A DNA stretch of 64,000 nucleotides, taken from an uncultured Haloferula sp. GTDB lineage: Bacteria; Verrucomicrobiota; Verrucomicrobiia; Verrucomicrobiales; Akkermansiaceae. Below are positions 57,772 to 64,000 of this stretch, piece by piece (position 1 is the first letter of the stretch; every line of letters starts with the position of its first letter). The notes beneath the pieces are model-generated. The model was given only the letters and a program-made list of their open reading frames with translations. It did no database searches and was not told the origin of the DNA. Location of the stretch: contig CBFGTS010000015.1 in assembly GCA_965652295.1 (NCBI GenBank), positions 32,001 through 96,000 of the forward strand, given 5' to 3'. Both the position numbers and the translations under genes were made by a program.

Positions 57772-58992
57772 TCAATCTCCATCAGGCTTCGCCAGATCCG
57801 TGACCGGGCTCGACGGATACACGAATTCCTCCACGGCCGGCGGAGACGCGGGGTTCAGCACCCCGGCATCCTCGCGCAGGTGCTCCGCCAGTTCCGGCAG
57901 CTTCCCGCGGATCCCTTCCACCACACAGCGGGCCAGCAGCCAGCTGCCGTAGTTATTATGATGGGTGCCATCCTGAAATGCGGAGCCAAGCCGGTCGCCC
58001 AAACCTTGGTAAAGCGTGCGGCTCATCTGATGAAGATCGATCAACGGCGTCTCCGTTTCCTTCGCGACCTCACGCACGGCATCCGGGTAGCCGCCCAAAG
58101 TGTCGCCTTTTACCCCCGACTTGCGCTCCATCGAGGTGACCAGCACCGGCTTGCCTCCCTTTTTTCGGATCGTCGCCACCGCTTCGGTCAAATTCTTCCG
58201 ATAGATCTCCAGCGCGTCCGGGCGCTTGTCCTTCATGTCGTTGTGACCGAATTGGATCAGCACGTAATCGCCCGGTTTCAGGAAATGATCCACCTGTTGA
58301 AAGCGCCCGGCACCAAGGGAACTGCGGACCGATTCGCCGGATTCGGCATGATTCGCCACCGCCACCTCGTCATCGAAGAACAAGGGCAGCATCTGCCCCC
58401 ACGAATTCCATGGCTCGTAGGGTTGATCCGTCACCGTCGAGTCGCCCAGAAGGAACACGGTCGTCGCATCCGGCGCGGGCTCGATCAACAGCGCGTCGAT
58501 CGAAGGACGCTCTCCGTTGAACTCCAGGGTCAGCTTCCCATCCCAGTGCAGATAGGGCTTTTCCCGGTCCTTGAGCTTCACGCGTCCCTTTTCCCCGATC
58601 GACGGCGTGCGGACGTTCACAGTGAAAGAACTCACCCCGCTCTCTCCCGCGTCCAAAGTCTTCCCGAGGAGCATCAGGCGCCGGGACTCCGCCTTGATCG
58701 TGGTGTCGGATGCTTCCTCCGGATCCCCGGTTTTCACCCGCACATGGTAGTTCCCCGGCGGCAGGGCGACGGAAAAATAGAATCCGCCCTCGCTGGTCAC
58801 CGTGGAGGTCCGGTCCGACGGACTGCCGGAAAGATCAAAGCCATAACCCTTTTCCTCCGAGAATCTCTCGTCCGCGCGGACCCGGGTCCAACCTTCCGCG
58901 GCGGGGTCGCTGCCAAAGTCGAACTTCCACGACGCCGCCCCCTGAACCACGCCCGTCAAGGCGGCCGCCGCGACGCATTGCTTCCATTTCAT
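57772..58992 (-). CDS. Rhamnogalacturonan acetylesterase-like SGNH hydrolase (CE12)
   Basis: LGDSTV, SWGQML, IQFGHND, DGTH. Confidence 0.88.
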   Translation of the reverse strand: MKWKQCVAAAALTGVVQGAASWKFDFGSDPAAEGWTRVRADERFSEEKGYGFDLSGSPSDRTSTVTSEGGFYFSVALPPGNYHVRVKTGDPEEASDTTIKAESRRLMLLGKTLDAGESGVSSFTVNVRTPSIGEKGRVKLKDREKPYLHWDGKLTLEFNGERPSIDALLIEPAPDATTVFLLGDSTVTDQPYEPWNSWGQMLPLFFDDEVAVANHAESGESVRSSLGAGRFQQVDHFLKPGDYVLIQFGHNDMKDKRPDALEIYRKNLTEAVATIRKKGGKPVLVTSMERKSGVKGDTLGGYPDAVREVAKETETPLIDLHQMSRTLYQGLGDRLGSAFQDGTHHNNYGSWLLARCVVEGIRGKLPELAEHLREDAGVLNPASPPAVEEFVYPSSPVTDLAKPDGD

Positions 58993-59204
58993 GCGTGGAT
59001 TCTGACTTCTTCTTCCTTACACGCCATTCCCCGAAGCGGGCATCTTGGAGGTCGGAGGGTTCCACAAAGATCCTTCCGAATGATCGGACGGAGTGGGTAG
59101 CTCCCCGTCCCCCTGCCTTTCTCAGTGACCTCCTCCCATCTCTGTGCCTCAGTGACTGAAGAAAGTCCTTCCGCCTCAGGCGCATGCAACACGGACGGAG
59201 ACCC

Positions 59205-59241
59205 AAAAAAACGCCGTCCCCCGGAACCGGAGACAGCGTTT
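59205..59241 (-). terminator. Intrinsic terminator of the atp operon
   Basis: Minus strand AAACGCTGTCTCCGGTTCCGGGGACGGCGTTTTTTT: hairpin followed by a U tract. Confidence 0.75.
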
Positions 59242-59266
59242 GTAAAGAGTCCGGAACCGCTGCCCG

Positions 59267-59680
59267 TCAGTGGCGGTGGCGGCGCTTGATGTGAAGCTGG
59301 GCCAACGACTTGGCGATGATGCCCTGCAGGTGGGCGATCTCCTCGGCGTCGTCGTCGTGGGCCATGTTCGCGAGCTGCTCTTCGGCGCGCTGCATCGCTT
59401 CCTCGGCCTTGGCCTCATCGATCTGCTCCTCGCCGAGGGCCATGTCCGTGAGGACGTTGATTTTCTCCTGGGTCACTTCCGCAAAACCGGAGCCGACCGC
59501 CATGGTGACGATCTTGCCTTCCGCTTCGTAGCGGAGTTCTCCGGGCTTCAGCGCCGAAACGAGCGCCGCGTGTCCTTCCAGAATACCCAGCTCACCCTCC
59601 GCTCCGGGGAGCAGCACGTTGGCAACGGCACCCGAGAAGATTTTCCGCTCGGGGGTGACGATTTCGAGATGAAGAGACAT
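59267..59680 (-). CDS. atpC: ATP synthase epsilon subunit
   Basis: LEIVTPE, PG.EGELGIL.GH. Confidence 0.95.
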   Translation of the reverse strand: MSLHLEIVTPERKIFSGAVANVLLPGAEGELGILEGHAALVSALKPGELRYEAEGKIVTMAVGSGFAEVTQEKINVLTDMALGEEQIDEAKAEEAMQRAEEQLANMAHDDDAEEIAHLQGIIAKSLAQLHIKRRHRH

Positions 59681-59686
59681 GCTGGG

Positions 59687-59770
59687 AGTTTTCAGTTTCT
59701 AGCCTTCAGTTTCCAGGTCCAGTCGTCCGGGGCTTCCCCTGAAAACTGAACACTGAAAACTAGCAAACTT
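59687..59770. repeat. Heptamer-unit inverted repeat between atpD and atpC
   Basis: 59739-59770 is the exact reverse complement of 20733-20764. Confidence 0.82.
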
Positions 59771-59778
59771 CGTTGGGA

Positions 59779-61254
<1,476 letters not shown>

Positions 61255-61281
61255 TCAGTAAACGGTTTCAGTTTTCAGGTC

Positions 61282-61788
61282 TTAAAGTCGGACAAGGCGG
61301 GCTCGCTGCACCTCGTCAAGCTCGTCGATGGAGGCGAACTGAAGTTGCCCGGCATCGTGGCTGACGGAAGCGACCGGCTGGCCGCCGAAATTCACGTCAT
61401 TCGGCAGCGTGTACATCGCACCGGTAAGAGGATCGACAATCACGAGGCCGATCAGGCCACCGATGAGGATATTGCCGGCATACCAGCCGGAAACCCGAGC
61501 CGTCAGCATTTGAGATCCAACGACTTTTCCGTTGCGGGAAAAGGTGAACGTATAGGCGGCGGGAACGAAATAGCTTGGGGAAGTATCCAGGCGGATTTCG
61601 CCGGGAGTCGTTCCGTTCCCAACGACGACTCCGTCCTTATCGGTCACCTTGTAGGTCATGCCGGAAGGATTGCTCGCCACGCGAACCGGCTGGGTCGTGC
61701 GGTTGAACACGGTGGCGCAATTGGAACACAAGAGCGAAGCACCCACGAGGGTAGCGGTGGCAATCGAACGGATTCGGAACGGATTCAT
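61282..61788 (-). CDS. Putative lipoprotein inserted in the atp operon
   Basis: Lipoprotein-like signal ..SNCAT; SNPSG; WYAGNILIGGLIGLVIVDP.TGAMY. Confidence 0.75.
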   Translation of the reverse strand: MNPFRIRSIATATLVGASLLCSNCATVFNRTTQPVRVASNPSGMTYKVTDKDGVVVGNGTTPGEIRLDTSPSYFVPAAYTFTFSRNGKVVGSQMLTARVSGWYAGNILIGGLIGLVIVDPLTGAMYTLPNDVNFGGQPVASVSHDAGQLQFASIDELDEVQRARLVRL

Positions 61789-61818
61789 GTTCGGAGAAAA
61801 AGAAGAAGCGGACGCACC

Positions 61819-62715
61819 TCACTCCATCGCCTTCATGGCGGTGGTGATTTCGAGAAGCTCGGCGGTGATGGCGGCCTGGCGGAGCTTGTTGTATTCGAGG
61901 GTGAGTTCCTTGATGAACTTCTTCGCGTTGTCGGTGGCGGCCTTCATGGCGACCATCCGCGCGGAGTGCTCGGAAGCGCGGCTTTCCACCAGCATCTGGT
62001 ATACCTGGAAGTTGATGTAGAGCGGCAGCAGGGTCTCCAGCACGCCGACGGCGCTGGGCTCGAAAAGGTAGTCCTTGGAGAGCGCTTCGTCGTGGTTGGT
62101 TTCCCTCACCTCACCCCTGCCCACTCCTTCGTAGGATTGCTTCTCGCCGAGAGCGGCGGGAGAGATCGGCAGAAGCTGGACGAGGGTAGGCTCCTGAACG
62201 AGGGTGCTGACGTAGTTGTTGAAGGCGACGCTGACCTTGTCGTACTTGCCCTCGACGAAGAGCTTCGTCAGGAGCTTGGCGATCGGGCGGGCTTCGGCGA
62301 AGGGCACCGGGTCCTTGACCTCGAAGTCGGCGACCATTTCGCGGCCGGCCTTGCCAAGCTGGAGGCGCAGCTTGCGGCCGACGGTGACGAAGTGGGCGTC
62401 GGGCGAGACCTCGGCGCGGATCTTCTTGCCGAGGTTGGTGTTCAGCGCGCCGCAGAGGCCCTTGTCGGTGGAGATGACAAGGACCAGTTCCCGGCCACCC
62501 TCACGCTTCTCAAGCAGGTCGTGGGCTTCCTCGCCGGTGTTCTCCTTGAGGTTGACCAGCACCTGGTTGAGCAGGTCGGCGTAGTCCCGGCCGGCCACGG
62601 CCTGGTCCTGCGCCTTCTTCATCTTGGCCGCAGCGACGAGCTGCATCGCCCGGGTGATTTGGGCGGTGTTCTTGACCGACTTGATGCGCCGGCGGATGTC
62701 GCGGAGGTTGGCCAT
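61819..62715 (-). CDS. atpG: ATP synthase gamma subunit
   Basis: [30 protein letters not shown]. Confidence 0.97.
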   Translation of the reverse strand: MANLRDIRRRIKSVKNTAQITRAMQLVAAAKMKKAQDQAVAGRDYADLLNQVLVNLKENTGEEAHDLLEKREGGRELVLVISTDKGLCGALNTNLGKKIRAEVSPDAHFVTVGRKLRLQLGKAGREMVADFEVKDPVPFAEARPIAKLLTKLFVEGKYDKVSVAFNNYVSTLVQEPTLVQLLPISPAALGEKQSYEGVGRGEVRETNHDEALSKDYLFEPSAVGVLETLLPLYINFQVYQMLVESRASEHSARMVAMKAATDNAKKFIKELTLEYNKLRQAAITAELLEITTAMKAME

Positions 62716-62768
62716 GGATCGAAGGAGCTAGGAGCGGAGAGCGGAAAGCAGGAGAGGAGGAACGCGGA

Positions 62769-64000
<1,232 letters not shown>

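Overview
GC-rich bacterial chromosome segment. Gene content and protein style suggest Verrucomicrobiota (Haloferula/Luteolibacter-like); this is an inference. 1-31.8 kb: one minus-strand cluster for Wzx/Wzy-type surface polysaccharide synthesis. It is headed by a GbsR/MarR regulator and a NusG/RfaH paralog, with an ops-like element and paired operator-like palindromes. It encodes Galf, GDP-fucose, CDP-3,6-dideoxyhexose and PAPS (cysNDC) synthesis, plus a sulfotransferase, a sulfatase, and pyruvyl- and methyltransferases. 32-43 kb: a MITE, a DUF1592/DUF1552 pair, an esterase, a secreted repeat protein and dnaE. 43-51 kb: a variable region with a putative nucleotidyltransferase toxin-antitoxin pair; an orphan, frameshifted contractile-tail-sheath homolog carrying a signal peptide and a C-terminal export-like tail; fxsA with a diverged duplicate of its 5' half flanking a Fic gene; and an HD-CE/HSP90-ATPase protein. 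51-64 kb: GNAT, halogenase, GH2, CE12 esterase and the end of the atp operon with an inserted lipoprotein gene. Several families of 7-nt and 9-nt periodic inverted repeats are scattered throughout. All calls come from motif recognition by eye; no database searches were run.
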